A stretch of DNA of 62,523 nucleotides, the filler included, from Streblomastix strix (lineage: Eukaryota): assembly GCA_008636045.1 (NCBI GenBank). It is 4 parts of 4 records of this genome, joined end to end, with 100 filler letters (N's around TTAATTAATTAA, not from the genome) between each part and the next. Parts side by side here need not be neighbours in the genome. Positions count along the whole stretch, not along the records: positions 1 to 15,560 come from SNRW01000964.1; 3 more parts are not named here. The stretch is one strand, 5' to 3'. Below the pieces are notes generated by a model that made no database searches, had not been told where the DNA came from, and worked only from the letters and a program-made list of their open reading frames with translations. Position numbers and translations under genes: made by a program. Position 1 is the stretch's first letter; each line of letters opens with the position of its first letter. Of the stretch, positions 1 to 14,100 are shown one piece after another.

Positions 1-1776
1 AAAAATAATCTATAATAAATATAACATTAATCAAACAATATTATTAGTAAAGAAATTCCATTTATACATGAATAGAAATAAATAATAATTGAAAAATAAT
101 AATTAAATGAAATTAATGATAATTAAACAACACATTAATAGATTGAATAAAAAAATTAGAATAATAAATTAAAAACAATTAACCTTTCATTATTAGAATT
201 TGATGAAGATTGGTTGAAAACTGAATAATAAAATGATTATTCAAAAGATGACAATGAAAAATAATTCGATGAAGAAATATAATAGAATAAAGACTTAAAA
301 GAATCAATTGAAACTAATGATAATAATATTTGGCCAAGATAATACTATAAAAGTATAATAGAGACAACAGATGAATTTGATCTGAATGAAGATGGGTCAG
401 TCATAAAATATGATAATAGTTAACATTAAATACAAGAAAAGATAATATCATAAAAATAAAAACTTAAAATTGTTAAGAAAGAACAAAAGAAAGAAAGAAA
501 AAGATTGAAAAAAGAATTAAAAATCGAACATAAAAAGAAAAGACAGGCGAAGAAAGCAGAGAAAATAAGAGCAAAAATTGAATTGAAAGGAAAATCTGCG
601 AATTAAGAAATAGAAAAATTGATTGAAGATTAGTCAGAGTCTGAAAAATCTGGAAAATCTGAAAATAATGAAAATAAGAGAAAATTAGTTTAGAATGAAA
701 AGTAAAAGAAAAAAGAACAATTATTAGTCACAAAAAAGAACTTGAAATTAGAAAAGAGGAAAACTAAAAAACTTCAAAAATTACTTAAAAAGAAGCTAAA
801 GATATAAAAGAAGAAAGAAATCATAGAAATGAAATATCAAGAAGATCAGGTTCGAATTGCACCAGCAGTAATATATCTTCAACATTAATTAATTGACTCA
901 TTTAAACACGAGAGACTTCCAACATATTACCCAAACACACACCTGAAACCGTCAATCAAATAGAATTATCTGTTTGATTTACTGATGTTCATTCATTTGC
1001 AGCATTCTCCAGATCTTTGGAAGCCCCCCTTAACATACAATGTTCTTTATCAGCATATTGAAACAATGAGATCTTTTATCAGACCTCTTGAGACGAAATA
1101 TGTTGGGAAGAATTCAGAGAGTGAAATTAATGTTTAGAGAAATCGTGAATATGAATAAGAAAGCTAATAGATTGACATTATCAATAATTAATAATAGGGA
1201 AAAGAAGAAAGAGAATAAAATGAATAAAAAATTGAAAATTAATAATAAATAGAAGAAAATGATAAACTTGATTCATTTGATGATGATGATGGAGAAGTTG
1301 TGAAAGGAATTAAATTATTCAATGTTATTGGTGCTGGAGCTGATACTGATTGGCATTGTTTAATATCTGTTCGAATACCAAAGGTTAATGAATAATAGAA
1401 ACATAAACAAGATCTTGGAGAGAAATAAGAAAATGATGAGAGATTGATGGATGTTCAATTACCTAATGTTAAGTTCAATTTTGATTTAACTTCTAAAGAA
1501 TGTGTGAAATAAGAACGAAATATAGAAAGTGAAGAATAAAAAGCATTCAAACAACTAACTCCAAAGATAATCTTTTAGAACTCTACTTTACAATACACTT
1601 CTGTCGATGGAGATAGCACAATCCCATGTATATGCTCAGCAAATGATATGATTGGCTCAGTTGCAAAGTTTCAAATCAATCGAACAGGACATTCGAGTAT
1701 TTTAAGGGACAAACGGCTTTTGAATCTCATATCTTGCATTCTGGACCTGCCAATGATGTATCCTAATTCTTTTTGA
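1..1776 (+). CDS. LCAT3/4-like phospholipase A / acyltransferase (alpha/beta hydrolase), 3' part, with long Lys/Glu/Gln/Asn-rich insertions; 5'-truncated by contig start
   Basis: Frame 1 is open from base 1 to TGA at 1774-1776 when TAA/TAG=Gln. The C-terminus reads LFNVIGAGADTDW...SVDGDSTIPCICSA...RTGHSSILRDKRLLNLISCIL, matching the LCAT-family Y/F-N-x-x-G-xxx-DT, DGDGTVP (catalytic Asp) and H-x-x-I/L-L-x-D (catalytic His) motifs. Confidence 0.75.
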
Positions 1777-2175
1777 ATACTCATTTAGATTTGTTGATTA
1801 TCAATCTATTTGCAATTTTTTCTGTATTTATTGAAAATTGTTATTTTCAAACACTCTGTGAATTTTTTTTGAGTAGTGTTTGTTATTATTTTATAATGAA
1901 AACATGATGCAAATTCAATTTACTTTTAATGGTATAATGGTTATTCAAATATGCGCTTTGGTGGTGACTATTTATATTTTTTTGATAACAATCTCTTTTC
2001 TCTTGCTACTCATACTTAGATTAGAGTTTTAAGTAGTTTTGATTGAAAAAAAGCTTACGAAGCCATTTTTTATTTAAATCAGAGATAAATATTAAAGTAT
2101 ATGAGAACAATTTGCAAAATTTGATATAAATAAAAAAGTAATTAAATATAAATACAGTTACTTTGATTTAATAAA

Positions 2176-5100
2176 TCAAATTCTATCAAAGCTCCTTATT
2201 ACTTCTGGGATTTCGAGAACAGTCAAAGCAGTGATACGCTAGCTTGGAATCTAAATAATAATAAAATTATTATAAAATATAGTATAAGCAAAATGAAAGC
2301 AAACCTTATTTAACATTTTCTTAATTAACTGCTTAATATTATCACTGAAGAATTCAGACATCTGGAAAGGTTCATCACGCAACACTCTTCGCATGAACTC
2401 ATGAGGTCTAATATCATCTCTAGATTCCTGAATAAAAAAGATATAAGATTTTTTATTGTTAAATGATTTAAATTTAAAATTTTAAGCAAACATCAATTCT
2501 TAAAAACGGATGTTTTAATTCTAAAAGTTCATATAAAGCAATTCCTATTGCCCACATATCTGTCTCTCGCGTATGCATTGGTTTATCATTAAAATTTGAT
2601 AAATCATCTTAAAATGGATTTCTATCCATTAGATTTTTTGGAACAATATTTATTCTAAAACGTTCAGGAGCCTCATATAAACTTGCCATGATAAAAATAC
2701 AAATATTTAAATAATTAATATAAAATAATTTGTATACAATGTTCCAGCTTTAGCAGTTGTGAAATCACGCCCCTATTTCAGTTATGTGGCAAATCTAAAT
2801 TTAAAGTAATCATAACAGTGTTTTATTTTCAATAAAAATGTTTAAATAGTTTTACATACCCAAAGTCAGCTATATTAAATATATTAAATAATAAAGTGTT
2901 AATATTAATAAAAATTAATAAAATGCAAACCAATCTTTACTTTCAAATCATTTGTCAATAAAATGTTTTCTGGTTTGATATCTTAGTGTATTTTTCCTAT
3001 ATTATGAAGTTCATTAAATACAGCAGCTATTTATCCTATAATTTTCCAAGCGAGCTGAATGAAAGAAATTATTATAAAATCAATGATGAAAATAACAAAA
3101 AATATTAATTTAATATTAGCTTAATTATTTGGTACCTCTTCTATTATTACTTAATTATTTTCTCTCAAATTTTATATGTATTTTCGCAAATCTCCTAATT
3201 AACAATATTCAATAACAAGATATGCTGTTTAGGCATCTTCTACAAAGAAACCAAATGGCTATATTATAGGATTGTAAGTTAAAGAGGAGGGAGAGCAAAA
3301 AAGTTAATATGCGTCTTTTAATTATTTAACTTCTTTATCTACCATCTAAATTTCTTCTGGAGTTTCATATCTCATCTCTTTCCATGCCATGTGTTTCTAG
3401 GATGCATTCAATTTAACATGACGAACAACGCCAAATCCACCTTTACCAAGTCTTTCCATTTATGTAACTATTGAAATTATAAAAATTATAAATCATAAAA
3501 AAGATAAAGAAATATCGTGTTTTAAAAACTAAATAAAATATTCATACAATCTTATTTTTTCCAAGTTTTAATAAATTGATACTAAGATATTTATGGAGGG
3601 GAATGAGAAGAAGAAGGTGGAGGTGATTGAGATTATTATGTTAAAGGTGAATTTGTTTCATGTCTTTAATTACTGTTATAGATAACTGAATCAATTTGTT
3701 AATTATTTAAATAATTTTAAATCATTGGTGATCCTTATGAGTTTGTTGTTATTTCATGATAAATAGATTGTTGTGATGATTACTATGATATATAAGTTGG
3801 CAATCTTGTAAGTAGATGTTAATTTGAAGAAGAAGGTGGAAGAGATGTGGATGCATGTCTTGAATTATTGTTATCAATAATTGTATCAATTTGTTAATTA
3901 TTTAAATAATTTTATTAACCTAAAAAATTATTTTAACCAGAAGAATTTGAACTATAAATAGATTATGAAGATGAAGTGATTTAAGAAGATGAAGAATTTT
4001 GTGAAAAAGAAGAAACAACAGATGTTACTTCAGGTTAAACAGACTGTTGTGATGATTAAAATTAGGTAGGCAATGATGAATATTGAGCAGAAAATTAATC
4101 ATTAGTTGCAGCAATACGAGTAAAGATTTTCATTACATTATCCATTTTTTTTCCAACGATTACTTTGCCTTAACCACGTTTGATAAGGTTCAATATACCC
4201 TCGTCAATACGACCAAATCCAATAGCATCAATTTAAATTCCCATGGCATCCAGTTGATCAGCCTCAGATTTGAAACAGTTTTTTTCATTTCCTGATTTAC
4301 CAGAGCAATATGAGCAGTTACAAACACCGTCAGTAAAGAAGAGAACTCGACACTCATATTTAGGAGGATTTCTACGAGCAATTTCGAGTGCCCTTTATAG
4401 CGCAAGTTTAAAATTATTCCTTCCACCTTCAAATCCTTCTTCTTCATCAAGTTTCCTATTCCCTTACTCATAGATAGTTTTTACTTCATGTGAGTGAGTA
4501 AATACTGAAATTATCCCTCCATTTAATGTTTGAATATCAATATATTAATTCGCTGCAATTATCAACTATTCGTATGGAGCTCCACTCATCGATCTAGAAC
4601 TATCTAGAGCTAAAATTGAGTGACGAGGGCGTACACCAACAGGTTTTGGGCGCCATCCAGCGAAAGTTTTAGTAGAATAATGCTTTATAAGAGCAGGTGA
4701 TGTTGATAGTAATTTCGATCCACTTCTCTTTGCCGCATAAAACCTCTCTTCAAATCTTGTTAACCAACATGAAATAGAAATAACCAATCTTCCCATTCCA
4801 GTTTAATCTTCTCCAAACTCTGAGAATGCTGATGTGAATCCACCATGTAGTACAATAGGTCCTGGAGATGAAATTGCTCCTTTGCATGTTTCACTACAAT
4901 ACATAGCTTCTGATTCTGGGGGAATCTTTGGATCAAAGTAAAGAATGAATGGATTAGGTGGATCTACATTCTCTGACGTCCATGCAAATGGAGTGAAAGG
5001 CCAAAGTTATTCTGCAGTTGTCAGCGGTTAATCTTTATCATTAACAGCATATGATATTGTATTTCCTTCAGAAAAATGAATCAACCCAGGTCTAAGTGAT

Positions 5101-8100
5101 ATTCGACTTTTTGCTGAACCTGGTGCATCTAAATGTAATATCGGATTGAATGATCCTACTGTAGCAACATCGTTTGGTCCTACTTAAATCTTGTTTTTTC
5201 CTCGATAATTCCCCCCAAAACGAATAGCAGAAACACCCCTTCTACCTCCGTGCGAGAAAATGAAGTGATTTGCGAGGAGATAGTTTGCTTCGAAGTTATA
5301 TGGATGATTATCACAGAATAATAAAAGACCACCTCCACCACGCCAGAAATCATCTACTGCTTCTAAGAATGGAACAATCTTGTTCGTATCTTTATCTTTA
5401 GATTCTTTTGGCAATTCTCCATATCCTTCAGATGAGAATAACCAAAGCTATGTGTAAGGGCATCTATCATTCTCAACACGTTATAACTCAATTAATCCTT
5501 CTCCATATGAACAAACAAATTTGTAGTTGAATCCTTTTCTCTTCAGCACTGCTCCACACTGTTTATCAAAGACTGCTTGTTTGATTGTGTTTGGATCTTT
5601 TTCATTTGCTCCAAGATATAAACAGACAACAAGTACACTAAATTCTTCAAATGCACCATCATGATATGGTTCTTCTAATGGATTATCTGTTATATGTTTT
5701 GCATCTCTTTTCATATACAATAAATCAGTGTTACCAAATTATTCAAAGAAATCGAAGGACAATTCTCGTTCTTTGATATTCTTTGCTAATATTGAATACA
5801 TTTTAGGATTTCCACATAAAAGTCTTTCTATTCTTTTTAATCGAGCATTGTTGGCTATAGAATATAATTATCTTGGAATAATATTTTCACATAATCCTAC
5901 TCCAGAAACTCCCAAAGCTACAGACATCGCTTATCCAAGATCTGCTGGGTTCGGAGCATATAAAGCAATAGGGAAGAGAAGTGGAAGTTATAGTGGAGCA
6001 ATTCCCAATCCAATTCCCATTACATCTATTTGATTTGCATCAAAATCAATAAGAGCCTATCGTAAAGTACTTACTTCAGATGCATTTGATATAATGCTAT
6101 CTGTAAAAGCTATTATCCGTCTCCCAAACCCAACTCCACTTCGTCTTGATGCTAATTATAGAGCTGCAGATAATCCAATTCCTAAACCACTTTCTGTTCC
6201 TGCAATTTTATCAGCTGTCCGAAGTATATCTGATATTAATGTCCAGTCTGAAAGCAACCAAACTTGAATATTTTGTATTAATAGATTTGCTTTTTCATCA
6301 CTGGCAGCAATCACATCTACAACAATTTCATCTCCTTCAGGAACAAGAGCAAATGATCCTAATATTGATGCAATTGTACAGACTGTATGGGAAATATTCA
6401 AAGGTGAGAAGATTCTTTAAGTATTATCAATCACAAATGTAATTGAATAAGCTTTTTAATTCCTTCTACTTTTCTTCATAAACAGATATGGATAAGTGAA
6501 TCCAGATTAAATGAATCTCCTAAGACCTGGAATCCATAATTGTCCAGAAGAAGCTGATGGTTCTTTTTCAGCAGCTCGATTAGGAATAAGTGAATGAGTA
6601 AGAGCTTTTGTAGCAACATCTCTGGATATTGCAACAAATGGTGTTTTATTTTCGATTGTAACTTGTCTTTACAACCATTTGTTATCTGTTTCAATATTTT
6701 TTGGTTCTTATAATAAAATAGTCTTTTCAGTTGTGTTGAGATTTACAAGTGCAAAATTTGACGTTGCTTTGATTTAAACAAAGAAATTGTTTTTAGCTCG
6801 TTCATCAACTTCATCAGATTTTGCTTTAATTTCATGAGCTTGTGTAAGATTTGCCCAAAACATTGCTTTATCTTAAACTGGAGCACATATTGTAAGTATT
6901 GTTGATTTTTATTTGACTGGACCTTTCTAATCAGTTTTTGTGATGATTTTCATTGCAATTTCAGAAAGTATTTTTGGTATTTTACTGGAATCTGGAGATA
7001 CAAACCCAGAACAAAGTTCCTTTGGATCAATGCAGAGTGAAGAGATATTATTTCCTGGAGTGAATTTTGGAATGAGCCCATTTTCATACAATTCTCTTGG
7101 AACTTTCTTTTTATCCAGTAATTCTTAATTAAATTCAGTATTAAGCGAAATAAGTATACATCTTCCAGTATTTTCACTTGACCAATCTCGATCTTCATCA
7201 AGTACTTAAGCACTGATGAAATCTGAAATGATAATTGTTAAGTGATTTGGAGCAACTTGTGTTATTCCTGAAATTTTATCTTTTCTCAAACACCATTCAT
7301 TTTGTGAAGTGATTGCAGCATCTAATGGACATGATCCAGGTCTCCCACCTTCACGAAGAGCATCAATAAGACGCATTAAATCTTCTTATGGGTTATGATG
7401 GTTTGAGTCAGAAAGTTTCCAAATTGCTTCTCTATCTGCAAATGCATAATGATATAGATGGATACCAAAACTTGATAGAATTTCAGATATTCCAGTTGCA
7501 AGAACCATAGCTCCAATTTGTTTCATTTTTGATAATTTAGTCATAGAAGAGCTTATATCAACCATAAGAGAGACTTCAGTATCCTGCAACGTGTATGGAA
7601 TGATTGTGTTCTGATCAAATGGTTTTGAAAATTGTGCAATCTCCGCATAGAGTAACGATTGAATCTGGAGTGATAGATCATGAAGTTCAACAATTTCGTG
7701 TCTATTTTCAATATTTTCTAGATCATGTCGATCTTAAGTACCATCAAGTGGAACAACAGCTTTTCCTTCTGATACTTTCTTCTTATTATCATTTCCTTGT
7801 GGAGTTCTTCTTACAGCTTCATATTCCATTATTAGTAAATCTTCTACTTTCTTTCCTTTTAGTGCTTCTTAAATGTCATTTTATATCAATTAATTTTAAA
7901 TCTCATTAACATTAACTTATTTTGGGATAAATTCTTCCCCATCGATCTAATCTTCTTGTGGAGATTATCCAACAACAGTATAATTAATTTCAATTACCAT
8001 CTTTTCTTCTTATAATTCTGGAGTTTCTTTATTTGTTGGTTTTGGTTAAAATTATCCAAAATATTATAAATTTTAAGGTTGCATAAATTGATTTAAATTT

Positions 8101-11100
8101 GCAAATGTTTGCAATAGAATATAAAGCACTGACAATCTTCTTTTATTTTCCCATTCATTTTTAGCAATTAATGCCTGTTTATATTCTATTGGGTATTTTT
8201 GATATGCAATTTCTTAACCAGGGTTTTTACTAAATTCTCGTTTCAATGTATTAAAATCAGAATCTGGATCAAATAACCATTCAGGTTAAAATTATTGCTG
8301 TTTAATTTCTTCCGAGATTGTTAATAATCTTCGAAGTATTAAGCCAACCTCATCATTTGGAATGAGTGTATTCCATTGTTATATTTCTTTTTTTTCCAAT
8401 TTTTTTCTCAATTCTCCGTTAACAAGAAGCTCTACACATTTTAAAAGTGCGTCTTTTGTATTTTGTGGAATAAAATTTTTAATATTAAAAGGAGAATAAT
8501 CAATTGATTATGCAAATATGCCAGAGAATGTTCCTGATGAAGTTGTGAATTAAATGCAAGAAAGAAGATCAGCTGGTTTAAATTCAGGAAATTGAATAAA
8601 CTTTACATTATGTGGTGAATTCTGAAGAACATGAACAATATGTTCATCACCATGAATAAGTAATTAAAGTATTTCAGAAAGTTTTACTGGATTATTCTTG
8701 ATATTAAATGCATCTGCATAAAGAAGATGAATTCTGCTTAATGATTATAAATGATCAATATCTTCATTTTAAAGTTTTTATCCTTTTTTTGCAGCTTCAA
8801 GGAGATAAATGTAAGGATCAACAATTTTGTCTACGCTCTGATCTTATTTGAATAATGCTAAAATTGAAACAATGTTATCAAATGAAGCGTCTTCAGCAGC
8901 TTTTGAAATTGCTTCCTCTCGTAGAGAATATTCAATAAGAGCAGTTACTGCATTATCATATATTGGATTTCTACTATATTTATCAACAATTTAAGATATT
9001 TAAGATATTCCAACACCAATATCATTTTTACGAAGTTTCACTAATCTGAGATATGTATTAAGCTTTTAAATGTTATTTTGAAGTTTTTATGGATCAACTG
9101 TTCTGAGAGGTTCGTTAATCTTTCTAAAAAAATAAATAACTATTTCTGATTCTCTTTCAAATTTTGTGTTACGGCTTATATTTTCAATCAATAGTATTTA
9201 GTTATTAAAATCATTTATTAGTACTCTTTATCTATCTATCATTTGACCTATTTCATTTAACTCAATCAATTGTTTGCGAGTATCTATGAGTAATTAAATA
9301 ACATTATTCCAAAGATCAATTCCAATATCTTTTAAATTATAAGTTATTTTATTTGCTGAATCGATATATGAAGCCAGACAACTCATAGAATTTTCTACAG
9401 TTTAATGAACTTTAAGAAGATTTTCTGCAATCTCACTAGGATATTATTTGTTTGTGTTATTCATAAACTAACAAATTTCAAATGCTTTTTCACACAATTT
9501 TGTACTAATTGGAAGAAGAGATGTTCCAAATGGTGCCTTTCCAATTTAAATTGCTTTTATTCTGTATTGGTGAATTGATTATATTAATTCTGAGAGTGTT
9601 TCATTTTAAGTTAGGAGATCACTCGAAATATCAGAAAATAGTTCAGTTAAAACCCATAATTTCTACTCAGCAGTTAATTCTTTCATATTAAATATCTCAT
9701 CATGAGGTTATTTGGTTAATGAAGATAAGTCAATATCAAGAAGAGGAGTAATTTGAAGTTCGCTTGTTGGAATAGTTTGAGAAACTTCAGCTATTTGTGC
9801 TGGTATTTCTTATTAATTGAAGCAAATTATTGGTTTTTAATTCTTTCGAAGAATTAATTGCACAGTTTTGTTATCTTTCTCCAATAGAGGTGCATTGTTA
9901 ATATACATTTTAATTTCAAGATCTGATCGTGCAAGATATCCAACAACTGTAGCTGATTCATCCTCTTTACTCATGAGGTTGATAAATTACAGTATCTTAC
10001 GAATATATTTATGTTCAGCTAAAACAATTGATGTTTGTTTAATATTTGATGATTTTATTATTTCCTGATCAAAGAAATTATTCATATAAGTGGAGAGCAT
10101 ATTCAAATATACAGGAATAGATGGAAATATTTCTGGAAGTGAAGTGAATATCTAAATTGTATTCTAGATTCGAGCTACTATCAGCATCCAATCTTCATCG
10201 CTTTTTCCATCAATTTCAAATCCAGCAAAACTGTCTTTATTGATGCTTTTCTTACTTAATTTTTCTCCCAAACTTTTATTAATATGAGATAAAGCTATAG
10301 CAGGTTGAATAATTTCAAGAAGGTAATGCAATCTAAAGAATCTTTAGGAAATTGGTGTTGAAATTCGATAAATTTGCATAACAATAAAATCAACTTCGGA
10401 TAAAACAGAAACTGTTCTTCGAATATCACTAATCTTCATCTCTTTAAGCCATTCAATAGTAATTTTCTCAAAAATATTCAGAATATCTTTAATTTAAATT
10501 TTTTCAATATTATCAATCTAATGAAGATCTTTCGTTCTGTCTTTTCCTTTAAAATGAATTGAGAAGAGTTAATGCAATAATTCATCCGCATCATCAGGCC
10601 ATTTCATTCCTTTCTTTTTAATGAATTAATAAACTGTTGCATATTCAAATTATCCAGCTAGTTTAATAAATTCTTCCCATCGATTTGATTATATACTTAT
10701 TTTCTCATTTCCAATCTTCGTAATAATCTTTTCAGCATTGATAGAAATATTTTTCTGATCTTTATCCTCCTTAAAACATCTTATAAATGACATTTATACT
10801 CCATAAGCAATATTTGTTGCTGTAATTTTATCATTTCCAATTCCGCGTGCAGCATTTACAATTCTGTGAGGTGAAAAAGTATCTTTGCTGAATAAAAGCT
10901 TCCGATTTTTACTCTTTTCTCTAGCATTGCAGAAGATATTTGAAAGCATTCGAGAAAATGGAATGCTAAAAGTATTGCTAGTTTCTGATTGGTTCAAAAC
11001 ACTTTCAGATAGTTCTTTCAGTTGAACTTCTTCTTGAGCTGTTTCCATTTATATACAAAAGCATCTCGATCTAAGTGCAGGTGAAAGTTTCTTTAAATCA

Positions 11101-14100
11101 TTGCACGTGATAAAAATTTGAAATCCTTCAGCAATTTCAATATTTTCCTCATCTTTAATCTCAAGTTTAGTTTTTTCTTCATTATTTTAATTATCTCTCT
11201 TTACACCACGACCATGGAATATCATAGGTCTTACTCCTTCATAAATGGTTAATGTAGGATTTTCTTCTAATAATGACATCAAGCGTTCTACTTCATGTGG
11301 AGCTGATTCCACTCCATCTAATAATACCCAACCTCCTTATCGCATCATCTTTAACAGAATTCCTTCTTTGAACACAAAATTTCTGGTTGATTTTTATTGA
11401 TATTCAGCAATATCAACTATTAATTGTATTGTATCTGTTTAAATCTAGTTTAATTCTTATTAATTTTCTTTATTATCATTTTAAGTATAATTTTTTGTTA
11501 TTTTTCTAAGAATATTTTCAATTTCACTAAAATCTGGTTAGTCGGAGAGAGCAGATGCTGCAAGTTCAATTGATAGTGGGTGTCTTGCATCTATTATACG
11601 TTCTGTAATGTCTTTTGCTCTTTAAATTAGTTCCTGAAATGATTCCGCATTCCCACTAATCTCTAAAGATCCTATAATTGCTGAATTGTCAGTATCTGCA
11701 TTAAATTGAATGACACCCAATTGCCTTCCAACTGTTTGGGCAAGTGTTCTAATGGTGTGCGTTTTTCCAGCTCCACTTTCTCCAAACAAAGCCACTGGGC
11801 AATGAGCCATCACTCCTGCACCAATTAAACACATTACTCGTCTTTATTCAGATGTGAGAGGAAGATCCAAAGGACCATCAATTAATTCTGTTGAAATTGG
11901 TACTTAGACAGAATCAGATAGAATAAGATTTCCATTTAGAACAAGAGGTGTTGTATCAACTTTAGTCTATTCAATACCAACACTTTTCAGAAATTGTTCA
12001 GCTGTCTTTCTATTGAATTATGTTGAGTAAACTAGTTCAATTAATTGATCACTACTAAAATTGGGACAAGCATCACGCATCATTCGAAAATGTATAATTT
12101 CTCGCAATGTTACTGAATCATGTTTTGAAGTTACACAAGTTTCAAATATAAATATTTCAGTAGAAGTTTTATGTGCTTTCATGATTTTCTAATGAGTTTA
12201 TGATTTTTCATGAGTTATGTCTGATTCAACAAGAATAGCTTTTGCAAGGACATCAAGTTCATATTAATTGAACGGCATTAGACGAATGAAGTGAGATGCA
12301 CCTTAAAGTTTTGTGCTTAATGCAGACCTTGCATTGGAAAAAGCTGTACTGTTCATTGTCGCTACGATTATTATTGATTTATGATTAATTTCTTTTCCAT
12401 TTGGAAGAAAGAATCGACCAGACTTTCCCATTTCAAGCATTAATGATTCAATTAATTCAAGCAAATGTGGTTCTGCAAGATTGATTTCATCAATTAATAT
12501 AGCTTATGAAGGTAAACTTTGATCAAAAATGTCATCTTTACTCTGATTCATAGCTTTTGTCAATGGCCCTGGAACAAATCTAGTTGTAAGTCCACCGCCT
12601 TCTGGATCAGCTTATGGCATCTCTCGACCAAAAAGATCTTCAATAGTTGTAGTTGGAGATAGGTTGATTCGAGTGCATTACAATCCTAAAGCTTCGAGAA
12701 CCGCTTTAGCAACAACTGTTTTCCCTCTTCCAGGTGATCCTTCAAAGATTGTTATGGCTTTTGCTGCAATGGCTGTAAGTATTGCATCAGCCATATCAAC
12801 AGCACTCTTTGTCCATATTATAGTATCAAGAACTTCAATTTATGCATTAGAATGAATAGGAATTTAAATTCCGCTTGTTTTACTTACCAATTGTTTTTAT
12901 TAATGTGATGTATCAGTGTGTATCAAAACATCCCCTCGTTGTTAAACTGGTCTTTCTTTCGTATCTGTAACAATAATGTAAATCAATTATTATGGAATAT
13001 ATGTAGAAAGAACTTCTTTTGTAATAAATCGCCTATCATTATCAGGAAGTGCATCAACAATAGTTCGGAGTGCTGCAATTCCAGCTGATTTTGTTGATGA
13101 GAAATGTTATAATTTATGAAGAGAATTTGCAGTTCGACACCATCGAATATATTCATTTATTGTTACATTTTAATGCAGTTCAATAAGGTTTCTGTGAATG
13201 TTGTTGATAGCTTCAATCAAATCATAATCTTTTTCAGTTATTCTTTCTGCAATAACTTTTAAATCATATTCTTCAACATTTTTATCTTCTTAAATGTCCT
13301 TGTTTTCTTACTTCTTATCTATTGAAGGTCGAAGCTATTTGATGATATTTAATCTGTAAGGTTCAGTATAAATACTTGTAAAACGTGATAATAGTGGTCT
13401 AGATAAACTCATTCTTCCAGTTTCTGTTGTAGTCGCAGCCAATGAAAAACCAGCGCTAATCGGAGCAGAACGTGAACTTGATTAGTTTACTTCTCTCAAT
13501 ATTATATCATCATTGAAAATCTACTCGATATCTTCAGTAATTACCAAAGAACGTGGATCTTCTAATAGTGAATTCAATCTCTCTAATATAGAAGCAGGGG
13601 GAAGATGAATAGATTTGAGAAGAAGGGGAACACCAAGAACAGCTGAAAGTGTAACAACACTTGGATTAAATATTGTTGCAAACGTTCTTATATTAGAAGA
13701 AGAAGATTATTTATTCTAGTTTTAAAATGCATCTACTTTTTCACACATTTTGTTTAAACACATCTATAAATATAATACTCCACGAAATACTCCATGTCTC
13801 TTTTCTCTATTTCTTGCTTCAATTCCTCTTTTAGTTCTAGAAATTTCATTTTTCAGTGATTATTATATATCCTTTACAAGTTATTCCCTATTTTCTTGCT
13901 TATTTATATATTCGATACTAATTAAAGCATCTCTTATGGACATTTGAAGACTTTATATTCCATCTTCAAAACTAGAAGGTGTACTAATACTAGTTGATCC
14001 GATCAATTCACTAACTTACATCTCTTGGGTCATATAAATAATGTTCCTATTCTATGGAAGAAGAAATTCCATTGCAGTTGTCTTATAGCATGTTGGTCCA

